DNA of 64,000 nt from Mobula hypostoma (Eukaryota). The number at the start of each line of letters is the position of its first letter. Positions within the stretch are counted from its first letter, which is position 1. The stretch covers positions 107,572,001-107,636,000 of the forward strand of contig NC_086097.1 of the NCBI RefSeq assembly GCF_963921235.1. Reading direction: 5' to 3'. The notes below the pieces were generated by a model. It saw only the letters and a program-made list of their open reading frames with translations. It was not told the DNA's origin and did not search any database. This document shows positions 49,801 through 61,800 of the stretch, piece after piece. The position numbers and the translations under genes are program-made.

Positions 49801-52800
49801 CAGAGGCCGGAGACCTGAGGCCAGAGGCCGGAGACCCGAGGCAATGCCATAGGCCGGAGACCCGAGGTGATGCCAGAGTCCGGAGACCCGAGGCGAGGCC
49901 AGAGGCCAGAGACCTGAGGCCAGAGGCCAGCGGCTGGAGACCTGGGGCCAGAGACCTGAGACCTGAGGCAAAGCTGGAGGCTGGAGGCCGGAGACTTGAG
50001 GCGAGGCTGGTGGCCGGAGGCCGGAGACTTGAGGCGAGGCCTGTAGCCAGAGGCAGGAGACTTGAGGCGAAGCCTGGAGACCGGAGACTGGAAACCTGAG
50101 GCCAGAGGCCAGAGGACAGAGGCTGGAGACCTGAGACAAGAGGCTGGATACCTGAGGCCAGAGGCAAGAGGCTGGAGACCTGAGGCCAGAGACTGGAGAC
50201 CTGAGGCCAGAGGCTGGAGACCTGAGACCAGAGGCCAGAGGCAGGAGGCCAGAGGCCGGAGACCTGAGACCTGAGGCAGGGCCGGAGACCTGAGGCGATG
50301 CCAGAGGCCGGAGGCCGGAGACCTGAGGCCCAAGGCCAGAAGCTGGAGGCCGGTGGACGGAGACCTGAGGCCGGAAACCTGAGGTGAGGCCCGAGGCCAG
50401 AGGCCAGAGGCCGGCGACCTGAGGCTGGAGACCTGAGACCTGAGGCGAGGCCGGAGACCTGAGGCGAGACCGTTGGCCGGAGGCTGGAGACCTGAGGCGA
50501 GGCCGGTGGCCGGAGGCCGGAGACTTGAGGCGAGGCCGGAGACCTGAGACTTGAGGCGAGGCCGGAGACCTGAGGCCTGAGGCGATGCCAGAGGCCGGAG
50601 GCTGGAGACCTGAGGTTAGAGACTTGAGGCCAGAGACTTGAGCCGAAGCTGGAGACCGGAGACTGGAGACCTGAGGCCAGAGGCCAGAGGTCAGATTCCT
50701 GAGGCCAGAGACCTGAGTCCAGAGGCTGGGGACCTGAGGCCTGAGGCCAGAGACCTGAGTCCTGAGGACAGAGGCAGGAGACCTGAGGCGATGCCAGAGG
50801 CCAGAGGCCGGAGACCTGAGGCTGGAGACCTGAGGCGAGGCCAGAGGCCGGAGACCCAAGCGATGCCAGAGGCCGGAGACCCGAGGTGATGCCAGAGTTC
50901 GGAGACCCGAGGCGAGGCCAGAGGCCGGAGACCTGATGCCGGAGACCTGAAGCCAGAGGCCGGAGGCTGGAGACCTGAGGCCAGAGGCCAGAGGCCGGAG
51001 ACTTGAGGCGAGGCTGGTGGCCGGAGGCCGGAGACTTGAGGCGAGGCCAGTGGCCAGAGGACGGAGACCTGAGACTTGAGGCGAGGCCAGAGACCTGAGG
51101 CCTGAGGCGAAGCTCAAGGCTGGAGGCCGGAGACCTGAGGTTAGAGACTTGAGGCCAGAGACTTGAGGTGAAGCTGGAGACCGGAGACTGGAGACCTGAG
51201 GCCAGAGGCCGGAAGCCAGATTCCAGAGGCTGGAGACCTGAGGCCTGAGGCCGGATACCTGAGGTTAGAGACTTGAGGCCAGAGACTTGAGGCCAGAGAC
51301 TTGAGCTGAAGCTGGAGACCGGAGACTGGAGACCTGAGGCCAGAGGCCAGAGGTCAGATTCCAGAGGCCGGAGACCTGAGTCCAGAGGCTGGAGACCTGA
51401 GGCCTGAGGCCAGAGGCCAGAGACCTGAGGCCTGAGGCCAGAGGCAGGAGACCTGAGGCGATGCCAGAGGCCGGAGACCTGAGGCTGGAGACCTGAGGCG
51501 AGGCCAGAGGCCGGAGACCTGAGGCCAGAGGCCGGAGACCCGAGTGATGCCAGAGGCCGGAGACCCGAGGCGATGCCAGAGTTTGGAGACCCGAGGCGAG
51601 GCCAGAGGCCGGAGACCTGATGCCGGAGACCTGAAGCCAGAGGCCGGAGGCTGGAGACCTGAGGTTAAAGACTTGAGGCCAGAGACCTGAGGACAGAGAA
51701 TTGAGGCGAAACTGGAGACCGGAGACTGGAGACCTGAGGCCGGAGGTCAGAGGCCAGATTCCAGAGGCCAGAGACCTGAGTCCAGAGGCTGGAGACCTGA
51801 GGCCAGAGGCCGGAGACCTGAGGCGATGCCAGAGGCCAGAGGCCGGAGACCTGAGGCTGGAGACCTGAGGTGAGGCCAGAGGCCGGAGACCCGAGGCGAT
51901 GCCCGAGTCTGGAGACCCGAGGCGAGGCCAGAGGCCGGAGACCAGAGACCAGAGGCCGGAGACCCGAGGCAATGCCAGAGGCCGGAGACCCGAGGCAATG
52001 CCAGAGTCCGGAGACCCGAGGTGAGGCCAGAGGCCGGAGACTGGAGGCGAGGCTGGTGGCCGGAGGCCGGAGACTTGAGGCGAGGCCGGAGACCTGAGAC
52101 TTGAGGCGATGCCGGAGACCTGAGGCCTGAGGCGAAGCTCGAGGCTGGAGGCTGGAGACCTGAGGTTAGAGACTTGAGGCCAGAGACTTGAGGCGAAGCT
52201 GGAGACCGGAGACTGGAGACCTGAGGCCAGAGGCCGGAAGCCAGATTCCAGAGGCTGGAGACCTGAGGCCAGAGGCCGGAGACCTGAGGCCTGAGGCCGG
52301 AGTCCTCAGGCGATGCCAGAGGCCAGAGGCCGGAGACCTGAGGTTAGAGACTTGAGGTCAGAGACTTGAGGCCAGAGACTTGAGCCGAAGCTGGAGTCCG
52401 GAGACTGGAGACCTGAGGCCAGAGGCCAGAGGTCAGATTCCAGAGGCCGGAGTCCTGAGTCCAGAGGCTGGAGACCTGAGGCCTGAGGCCAGAGGCCAGA
52501 GACCTGAGGCCTGAGGCCAGAGGCAGGAGACCTGAGGTGATGCCAGAGGCCAGAGGCCGGAGACCTGAGGCTGGAGACCTGAGGCGAGGCCAGAGGCCGG
52601 AGACGTGAGGCCAGAGGCCGGAGACCCGAGCGATGCCAGAGGCCGGAGACCCGAGGCGATGCCAGAGTTCGGAGACCCGAGGCGAGGCCAGAGGCCGGAG
52701 ACCTGATGCCGGAGACCTGAAGCCAGAGGCCGGAGGTTGGAGACCTGAGGCCAGAGGCCAGAGGCCGGAGACTTGAGGCGAGGCTGGTGGCCTTAGGCCG

Positions 52801-55800
52801 GAGACTTGAGGCGAGGCCGGTGGCCGGAGGCCGGAGACCTGAGACTTGAGGCGAGGCCAGAGACCTGAGGCCTGAGGCGAAGCTCAAGGCTGGAGGCCGG
52901 AGACCTGAAGTTAGAGACTTGAGGCCAGAGACTTGAGGCGAAGCTGGAGACCAGAGACTGGAGACCTGAGGCCAGAGACCGGAGACCTGAGGCCGGAGAC
53001 CTGAGGCGAGGCCAGAGGCCAGAGACCTGAGGCCTGAGGCCAGAGGCCGGAGACCTGAGGCTGGAGACCTGAGGCGAGGCCAGAGGCCGGAGACCTGAGG
53101 CCAGAGGCCGGAGACCCGAGCGATGCCAGAGGCCGGAGACCCGAGGCGATGCCAGAGTTCGGAGACACGAGGCGAGGCCAGAGGCCGGAGACCTGAAGCC
53201 AGAGGCCGGAGGTTGGAGACCTGAGGCCAGAGGCCAGAGGCCGCAGACTTGAGGCGAGGCTGGTGGCCTTAGGCCGGAGACTTGAGGCGAGGCCGGTGGC
53301 CGGAGGCCGGAGACCTGAGACTTGAGGCGAGGCCAGAGACCTGAGGCCTGAGGCGAAGCTCAAGGCTGGAGGCCGGAGACCTGAAGTTAGAGACTTGAGG
53401 CCAGAGACTTGAGGCGAAGCTGGAGACCGGAGACTGGAGACCTGAGGCCAGAGACCGGAGACCTGAGGCCGGAGACCTGAGGCGAGGCCAGAGGCCGGAG
53501 ACCTGAGGCCAGAGGCAGGAGTCCTGATGCCAGAGGCCGGAGACCCGAGCGATGTCAGAGGCCGGAGACCCGAGGCAATGCCAGAGTCCGGAGACCCGAG
53601 GCGAGGCCAGAGGCCGGAGACCTGAGGCCAGAGGCCGGAGACCCGAGGCAATGCCATAGGCCGGAGACCCGAGGTGATGCCAGAGTTCGGAGACCCGAGG
53701 CGAGGCCAGAGGCCGGAGACCTGAGGCCGGAGACCTGAGGCCAGAGGCCAGCGGCTGGAGACCTTGGGCCAGAGACCTGAGACCTGAGGCAAAGCTGGAG
53801 GCTGGAGGCCGGAGACTTGAGGTGAGGCTGGTGGCCGGAGGCCGGAGACTTGAGGCGAGGCCTGTGGCCAGAGGCAGGAGACTTGAGGCGAAGCTGGAGA
53901 CCGGAGACTGGAAACCTGAGGCCAGAGGCCAGAGGACAGAGGCTGGAGACCTGAGACAAGAGGCTGGATACTTGAGGCCAGAGACTTGAGGCGAAGCTGG
54001 AGACCGGAGACTGGAGACCTGAGGCCAGAGGCCGGAGGCCAGATTCCTGAGGCTGTAGACCTGAGGCCAGAGACCGGAGACCTGAGGCCTGTGGCCGGAG
54101 ACGTCAGGCGATGCCAGAGGCCAGAGGCCGGAGACCTGAGGCGAGGCCAGAGGCCGGAGACCCGAGCGATGCCAGAGGCCGGAGACCTGAGGCGATGCCA
54201 GAGTCCAGATACCCGAGGCGAGGCCAGAGGCCGGAGACCTGATGCCGGAGACCTGAAGCCAGAGGCCGGAGGCTGGATACCTGAGGCCAGATGCCAGAGG
54301 CCGGAGACTTGAGGCGAGGCTGGTGTCTGGAGGCCGGATACTTGAGGCGAGGCCAGAGACCTGTGGCGAGACCCGAGGTTGGAGACCTGAGGCGAGGCCG
54401 GAGGCTAGAGGCCGGAGTCCTGAGGTGAGACCAGAGACCTGAGGCCAGAGACTTGAGGCCAGAGTCCTGAGGCCGGATACTTGAGGCGAAGCTGGAGACC
54501 TGAGGCCTGAGGCGAAGCTGGAGGCCAGAGGCCTGAGGCGAAGCTGGAGGCTGGAGGCCGGAGACCTGAGGTTAAAGGCTTGAGGCCAGAGACCTGAGGA
54601 CAGAGAATTGAGGCGAAACTGGAGACCGGAGACTGGAGACCTGAGGCCGGAGGTCAGAGGCCAGATTCCAGAGGCCGGAGACCTGAGTCCAGAGGCTGGA
54701 GACCTGAGGCCTGAGGCCAGAGGCCGGAGACCCGAGGCGATGCCAGAGGCCAGAGGCCGGAGACCTGAGGCTGGAGACCTGAGGCGAGGCCGGAGGCCGG
54801 AGACCTGAGGCCAGAGGCCGGAGACCCGAACGATGCCAGAGGCCGGAGACCCGAGGCGATGCCCGAGTCTGGAGACCCGAGGCGAGGCCAGAGGCCGGAG
54901 ACCTGAGACCAGAGGCCGGAGACCCGAGGCGATGCCAGAGGCCGGAGACCCGAGGCAATGCCAGAGTCCGGAGACCCGAGGTGAGGCCAGAGGCCGGAGA
55001 CCTGAGGCTAGAAGCCAGAGGCTGGTGACCTGGGGCCAGAGACCTGAGACCTGAGGCGAGGCCGGAGACCTGAGACCTGAGGCGAAGCTGGAGGCTGGAG
55101 GCCGGAGACTTGAGGCGAGGCTGGTGGCCGGAGGCCGGAGACTTGAGGCAAGGCCGGTGGCCGGTGGCCGGAGACTTGAGGCGAGGCCGGAGGCCGGAGA
55201 CCTGAGACTTGAGGCGAGGCCGGAGACCTGAGGCCTGAGGCGAAGCTGGAGGCTGGAGGCCGGAGACCTGAGGTTAGAGACTTGAGGCCAGAGACCTGAG
55301 GCCAGAGACTTGAGGTGAAGCTGGAGACCGGAGACTGGAGACCTGAGGCCAGAGGCCGGAGGCCAGATTCCAGCGGCTGGAGACCTGAGGCCAGAGGCCA
55401 GAGACCTGAGGCGAGGCCGGAGACCTGAGGCGAGGCCGGTGGCTTGAGGCCGGATACTGGAGGCGAGGCCGGAGACCTGTGGCGAGACCCGAGGTTGGAG
55501 ACCTGAGGCAAGGCCGGAGACCTGAGGTGAGGCCAGAGACCTGAGGCCAGAGACTTGAGGCCACAGACCTGAGGCCGGAGACCTGAGGCCAGAGACTTGA
55601 GGCGAAGCTGGAGGCCGGAGGCCGGAGACTTGAGGCGAAGCTGGAGGCCGGAGGCCGGTGACTTGAGGCGAAGCTGGAGACCTGAGGCCTGAGGCGAAGC
55701 TGGAGGCTGGAGGCCGGAGACCTGAGGTTAAAGACTTGAGGCCAGAGACCTGAGGACAGAGACTTGAGGCGAAACTGGAGACCGGAGACTGGAGACCTGA

Positions 55801-58800
55801 GGCGAGGCCAGAGGCCAGAGGCCAGAGGCCAGATTCCAGAGGCCGGAGACCTGAGTCCAGAGGCTGGAGACCTGAGGCCTGAGGCCAGAGGCCGGAGACC
55901 TGAGGCGATGCTAGAGGCCAGAGACCAGAGACCTGAGGCGAGGCCAGAGGCCGGAGACCTGAGGCGAGGCCGGAGACCTGAGGCCAGAGGCCGGAGACCC
56001 GAGGCGAGGCCAGAGGCCGGAGACCCGAGGCGAGGTCCGAGGCCGGAGACCCGAGGCGAGGTCCGAGGCCGGAGACTGGAGACCTGAGGCCAGAGGCCGG
56101 AGACCTGATGCCAGAGGCCAGAGGTTGCAGACCTGAGGCCAGAGGCTGGAGACCTGAGACCAGAGACCAGAGGTTGCAGACCTGAGGCCAGAGGCTGGAG
56201 ACCTGAGACCAGAGGCCGGAGACCTGAGGCGAGGCCCGAGGCCGGAGAACGGAGACAAGAGGCCAGAGGCCAGAGGCCGGAGACCTGAGGCCGGTGACCT
56301 GAGGCGAGGCCCGAGGCCGGAGACCGGAGACAAGAGGCCAGAGGCCAGAGGCCGGAGACCTGAGGCCGTTGACCTGAGGTGAGGCCGGAGACTTGAGGCG
56401 AAGCTGGAGGCTGGAGGCCGGAGACTTGAGGCAAGGCCAGAGGCCAGAGACCTGTGGCCAGGCCCGAGGCTGGAGACCTGAGGCCAGGCCCAAGGCTGGT
56501 GACCTGAGGCCGGAGACCTGAGGCCAGGCCTGAGGCCGGAGACCTGAGGCCAAGCCTGAGGCCGGAGACCTGAGACCAGGCCGGAGACCCGAGGTGAGGC
56601 CAGAGGCCAGAGACCTGAGGCGAGGCCGGAGACGTGAGGCGAGGTCGGAGGCCGGAGACCTGAGGCGAGGCCGGAGACGTGAGGCGAGGTCGGAGGCCGG
56701 AGACCTGAGGCGACGCTGGAGGCCAGAGACCAGAGACCTGAGGCGAGGCCAGAGGCCGGAGACCTGAGGCCAGAGGCCGGAGACCCGAGGCGAGGCCAGA
56801 GGCCGGAGACCCGAGGCGAGGTCCGAGGCCGGAGACCCGAGGCAATGCCAGAGTCCGGAGACCCGAGGCGAGGCCAGAGGCCGGAGACCTGAGGCCAGAG
56901 GCCGGAGACCCGAGGCAATGCCATAGGCCGGAGACCCGAGGTGATGCCAGAGTTCGGAGACCCGAGGCGAGGCCAGAGGCCGGAGACCTGAGGCCGGAGA
57001 CCTGAGGCCAGAGGCCAGCGGCTGGAGACCTGGGGCCAGAGACCTGAGGCAAAGCTGGAGGCTGGAGGCCGGAGACTTGAGGTGAGGCTGGTGGCCGGAG
57101 GCCGGAGACTTGAGGCGAGGCCTGTGGCCAGAGGCAGGAGACTTGAGGCGAAGCTGGAGACCGGAGACTGGAAACCTGAGGCCAGAGGCCAGAGGACAGA
57201 GGCTGGAGACCTGAGACAAGAGGCTGGATACTTGAGGCCAGAGACTTGAGGCGAAGCTGGAGACCGGAGACTGGAGACCTGAGGCCAGAGGCCGGAGGCC
57301 AGATTCCTGAGGCTGTAGACCTGAGGCCAGAGACCGGAGACCTGAGGCCTGTGGCCGGAGACGTCAGGCGATGCCAGAGGCCAGAGGCCGGAGACCTGAG
57401 GCGAGGCCAGAGGCCGGAGACCCGAGCGATGCCAGAGGCCGGAGACCTGAGGCGATGCCAGAGTCCAGATACCCGAGGCGAGGCCAGAGGCCGGAGACCT
57501 GATGCCGGAGACCTGAAGCCAGAGGCCGGAGGCTGGATACCTGAGGCCAGATGCCAGAGGCCGGAGACTTGAGGCGAGGCTGGTGTCTGGAGGCCGGATA
57601 CTTGAGGCGAGGCCAGAGACCTGTGGCGAGACCCGAGGTTGGAGACCTGAGGCGAGGCCGGAGGCTAGAGGCCGGAGTCCTGAGGTGAGACCAGAGACCT
57701 GAGGCCAGAGACTTGAGGCCAGAGACCTGAGGCCGGATACTTGAGGCGAAGCTGGAGACCTGAGGCCTGAGGCGAAGCTGGAGGCCAGAGGCCTGAGGCG
57801 AAGCTGGAGGCTGGAGGCCGGAGACCTGAGGTTAAAGGCTTGAGGCCAGAGACCTGAGGACAGAGAATTGAGGCGAAACTGGAGACCGGAGACTGGAGAC
57901 CTGAGGCCGGAGGTCAGAGGCCAGATTCCAGAGGCCGGAGACCTGAGTCCAGAGGCTGGAGACCTGAGGCCTGAGGCCAGAGGCCGGAGACCCGAGGCGA
58001 TGCCAGAGGCCAGAGGCCGGAGACCTGAGGCTGGAGACCTGAGGCGAGGCCGGAGGCCGGAGACCTGAGGCCAGAGGCCGGAGACCCGAACGATGCCAGA
58101 GGCCGGAGACCCGAGGCGATGCCCGAGTCTGGAGACCCGAGGCGAGGCCAGAGGCCGGAGACCTGAGACCAGAGGCCGGAGACCCGAGGCGATGCCAGAG
58201 GCTGGAGACCCGAGGCAATGCCAGAGTCCGGAGACCCGAGGTGAGGCCAGAGGCCAGAGACCTGAGGCTAGAAGCCAGAGGCTGGTGACCTGGGGCCAGA
58301 GACCTGAGACCTGAGGCGAGGCCGGAGACCTGAGACCTGAGGCGAAGCTGGAGGCTGGAGGCCGGAGACTTGAGGCGAGGCTGGTGGCCGGAGGCCGGAG
58401 ACTTGAGGCAAGGCCGGTGGCCGGTGGCCGGAGACTTGAGGCGAGGCCGGAGGCCGGAGACCTGAGACTTGAGGCGAGGCCGGAGACCTGAGGCCTGAGG
58501 CGAAGCTGGAGGCTGGAGGCCGGAGACCTGAGGTTAGAGACTTGAGGCCAGAGACCTGAGGCCAGAGACTTGAGGTGAAGCTGGAGACCGGAGACTGGAG
58601 ACCTGAGGCCAGAGGCCGGAGGCCAGATTCCAGCGGCTGGAGACCTGAGGCCAGAGGCCAGAGACCTGAGGCGAGGCCGGAGACCTGAGGCGAGGCCGGT
58701 GGCTTGAGGCCGGATACTGGAGGCGAGGCCGGAGACCTGTGGCGAGACCCGAGGTTGGAGACCTGATGCAAGGCCGGAGACCTGAGGTGAGGCCAGAGAC

Positions 58801-61800
58801 CTGAGGCCAGAGACTTGAGGCCACAGACCTGAGGCCGGAGACCTGAGGCCAGAGACTTGAGGCGAAGCTGGAGGCCGGAGGCCGGAGACTTGAGGCGAAG
58901 CTGGAGGCCGGAGGCCGGTGACTTGAGGCGAAGCTGGAGACCTGAGGCCTGAGGCGAAGCTGGAGGCTGGAGGCCGGAGACCTGAGGTTAAAGACTTGAG
59001 GCCAGAGACCTGAGGACAGAGACTTGAGGCGAAACTGGAGACCGGAGACTGGAGACCTGAGGCGAGGCCAGAGGCCAGAGGCCAGAGGCCAGATTCCAGA
59101 GGCCGGAGACCTGAGTCCAGAGGCTGGAGACCTGAGGCCTGAGGCCAGAGGCCGGAGACCTGAGGCGATGCCAGAGGCCAGAGGCCGGAGACCTGAGGCT
59201 GGAGACCTGAGGCGAGGCCAGAGGTCGGAGACCCGAGCGATGCCAGAGGCCGGAGACCCGAGGCGATGCCAGAGTCTGGAGACCCGAGGCGAGGCCAGAG
59301 GCCGGAGACCTGAGGCCGGAGACCTGAGACCAGAGGCCGGAGACCCGAGGCGATGCCAGAGGCCGGAGAACCGAGGCGATGCCAGAGTCCGGAGACCCGA
59401 GGCGAGGCCAGAGGCCATAGACCTGAGGCCGGAGACCTGAGGCCAGAGGCTGGAGACCTGAGACCAGAGGCCAGAGGTTGCAGACCTGAGGCCAGAGGCT
59501 GGAGACCTGAGACCAGAGGCCAGAGGTTGCAGACCTGAGGCCAGAGGCTGGAGACCTGAGACCAGAGGCCGGAGACCTGAGGCGAGGCCCGAGGCCGGAG
59601 ACTGGAGGCAAGAGGCCAGAGGCCAGAGGCTGGAGACCTGAGGCCGGTGACCTGAGGCGAGGCCCGAGGCCGGAGACCGGAGACAAGAGGCCAGAGGCAA
59701 GAGGCCGGAGACCTGAGGCCGGTGACCTGAGGCGAGGCCGGAGACTTGAGGCAAGGCCAGAGGCTGGAGACCTGAGGCCAGGCCCGAGGCTGGAGACCTG
59801 AGGCCAGGCCCGAGGCCGGTGAACTGAGGCCGGGGACCTGAGACCAGACCTGAGGCCGGAGATCTGAAGCCGGAGACCTGAGACCAGGCCGGAGACCCGA
59901 GGCGATGCCAGAGGCCGGATCCCGAGGCGAGGCCAGAGGCCGGAGACCCGAGGCGAGGCCAGAGGCCGGAGACCTGAGGCCGGAGACCTGAGGCGAGGCC
60001 GGAGACGTGAGGCGAGGTCGGAGGCCGAAGACCTGAGGCGATGCCGGAGGCCGGAGACCTGAGGCGATGCTAGAGGCCAGAGACCAGAGACCTGAGGCGA
60101 GGCCAGAGGCCGGAGACCTGAGGCGAGGCCGGAGACCTGAGGCCAGAGGCCGGAGACCCGAGGCGAGGCCAGAGGCCGGAGACCCGAGGCGAGGTCCGAG
60201 GCCGGAGACCCGAGGCGAGGTCCGAGGCCGGAGACTGGAGACCTGAGGCCAGAGGCCGGAGACCTGATGCCAGAGGCCAGAGGTTGCAGACCTGAGGCCA
60301 GAGGCTGGAGACCTGAGACCAGAGACCAGAGGTTGCAGACCTGAGGCCAGAGGCTGGAGACCTGAGACCAGAGGCCGGAGACCTGAGGCGAGGCCCGAGG
60401 CCGGAGAACGGAGACAAGAGGCCAGAGGCCAGAGGCCGGAGACCTGAGGCCGGTGACCTGAGGCGAGGCCCGAGGCCGGAGACCGGAGACAAGAGGCCAG
60501 AGGCCAGAGGCCGGAGACCTGAGGCCGTTGACCTGAGGTGAGGCCGGAGACTTGAGGCGAAGCTGGAGGCCGGAGGCCGGAGACTTGAGGCAAGGCCAGA
60601 GGCCAGAGACCTGTGGCCAGGCCCGAGGCTGGAGACCTGAGGCCAGGCCCAAGGCTGGTGACCTGAGGCCGGAGACCTGAGGCCAGGCCTGAGGCCGGAG
60701 ACCTGAGGCCAAGCCTGAGGCCGGAGACCTGAGACCAGGCCGGAGACCCGAGGTGAGGCCAGAGGCCAGAGACCTGAGGCGAGGCCGGAGACGTGAGGCG
60801 AGGTCGGAGGCCGGAGACCTGAGGCGAGGCCGGAGACGTGAGGCGAGGTCGGAGGCCGGAGACCTGAGGCGACGCTGGAGGCCAGAGACCAGAGACCTGA
60901 GGCGAGGCCAGAGGCCGGAGACCTGAGGCCAGAGGCCGGAGACCCGAGGCGAGGCCAGAGGCCGGAGACCCGAGGCGAGGTCCGAGGCCGGAGACCCGAG
61001 GCAATGCCAGAGTCCGGAGACCCGAGGCGAGGCCAGAGGCCGGAGACCTGAGGCCAGAGGCCGGAGACCCGAGGCAATGCCATAGGCCGGAGACCCGAGG
61101 TGATGCCAGAGTTCGGAGACCCGAGGCGAGGCCAGAGGCCGGAGACCTGAGGCCGGAGACCTGAGGCCAGAGGCCAGCGGCTGGAGACCTGGGGCCAGAG
61201 ACCTGAGGCAAAGCTGGAGGCTGGAGGCCGGAGACTTGAGGTGAGGCTGGTGGCCGGAGGCCGGAGACTTGAGGCGAGGCCTGTGGCCAGAGGCAGGAGA
61301 CTTGAGGCGAAGCTGGAGACCGGAGACTGGAAACCTGAGGCCAGAGGCCAGAGGACAGAGGCTGGAGACCTGAGACAAGAGGCTGGATACTTGAGGCCAG
61401 AGACTTGAGGCGAAGCTGGAGACCGGAGACTGGAGACCTGAGGCCAGAGGTCGGAGACCCGAGGCGAGGCCAGAGGCCGGAGACCCGAGGCGAGGTCCGA
61501 GGCCGGAGACCCGAGGCGAGGTCCGAGGCCGGAGACTGGAGACCTGAGGCCAGAGGCTGGAGACCTGATGCCAGAGGCCAGAGGTTGCAGACCTGAGGCC
61601 AGAGGCTGGAGACCTGAGACCAGAGACCAGAGGTTGCAGACCTGAGGCCAGAGGCTGGAGACCTGAGACCAGAGGCCGGAGACCTGAGGCGAGGCCCGAG
61701 GCCGGAGACCGGAGACAAGAGGCCAGAGGCCAGAGGCCGGAGACCTGAGGCCGGTGACCTGAGGCGAGGCCCGAGGCCGGAGACTGGAGACAAGAGGCCA

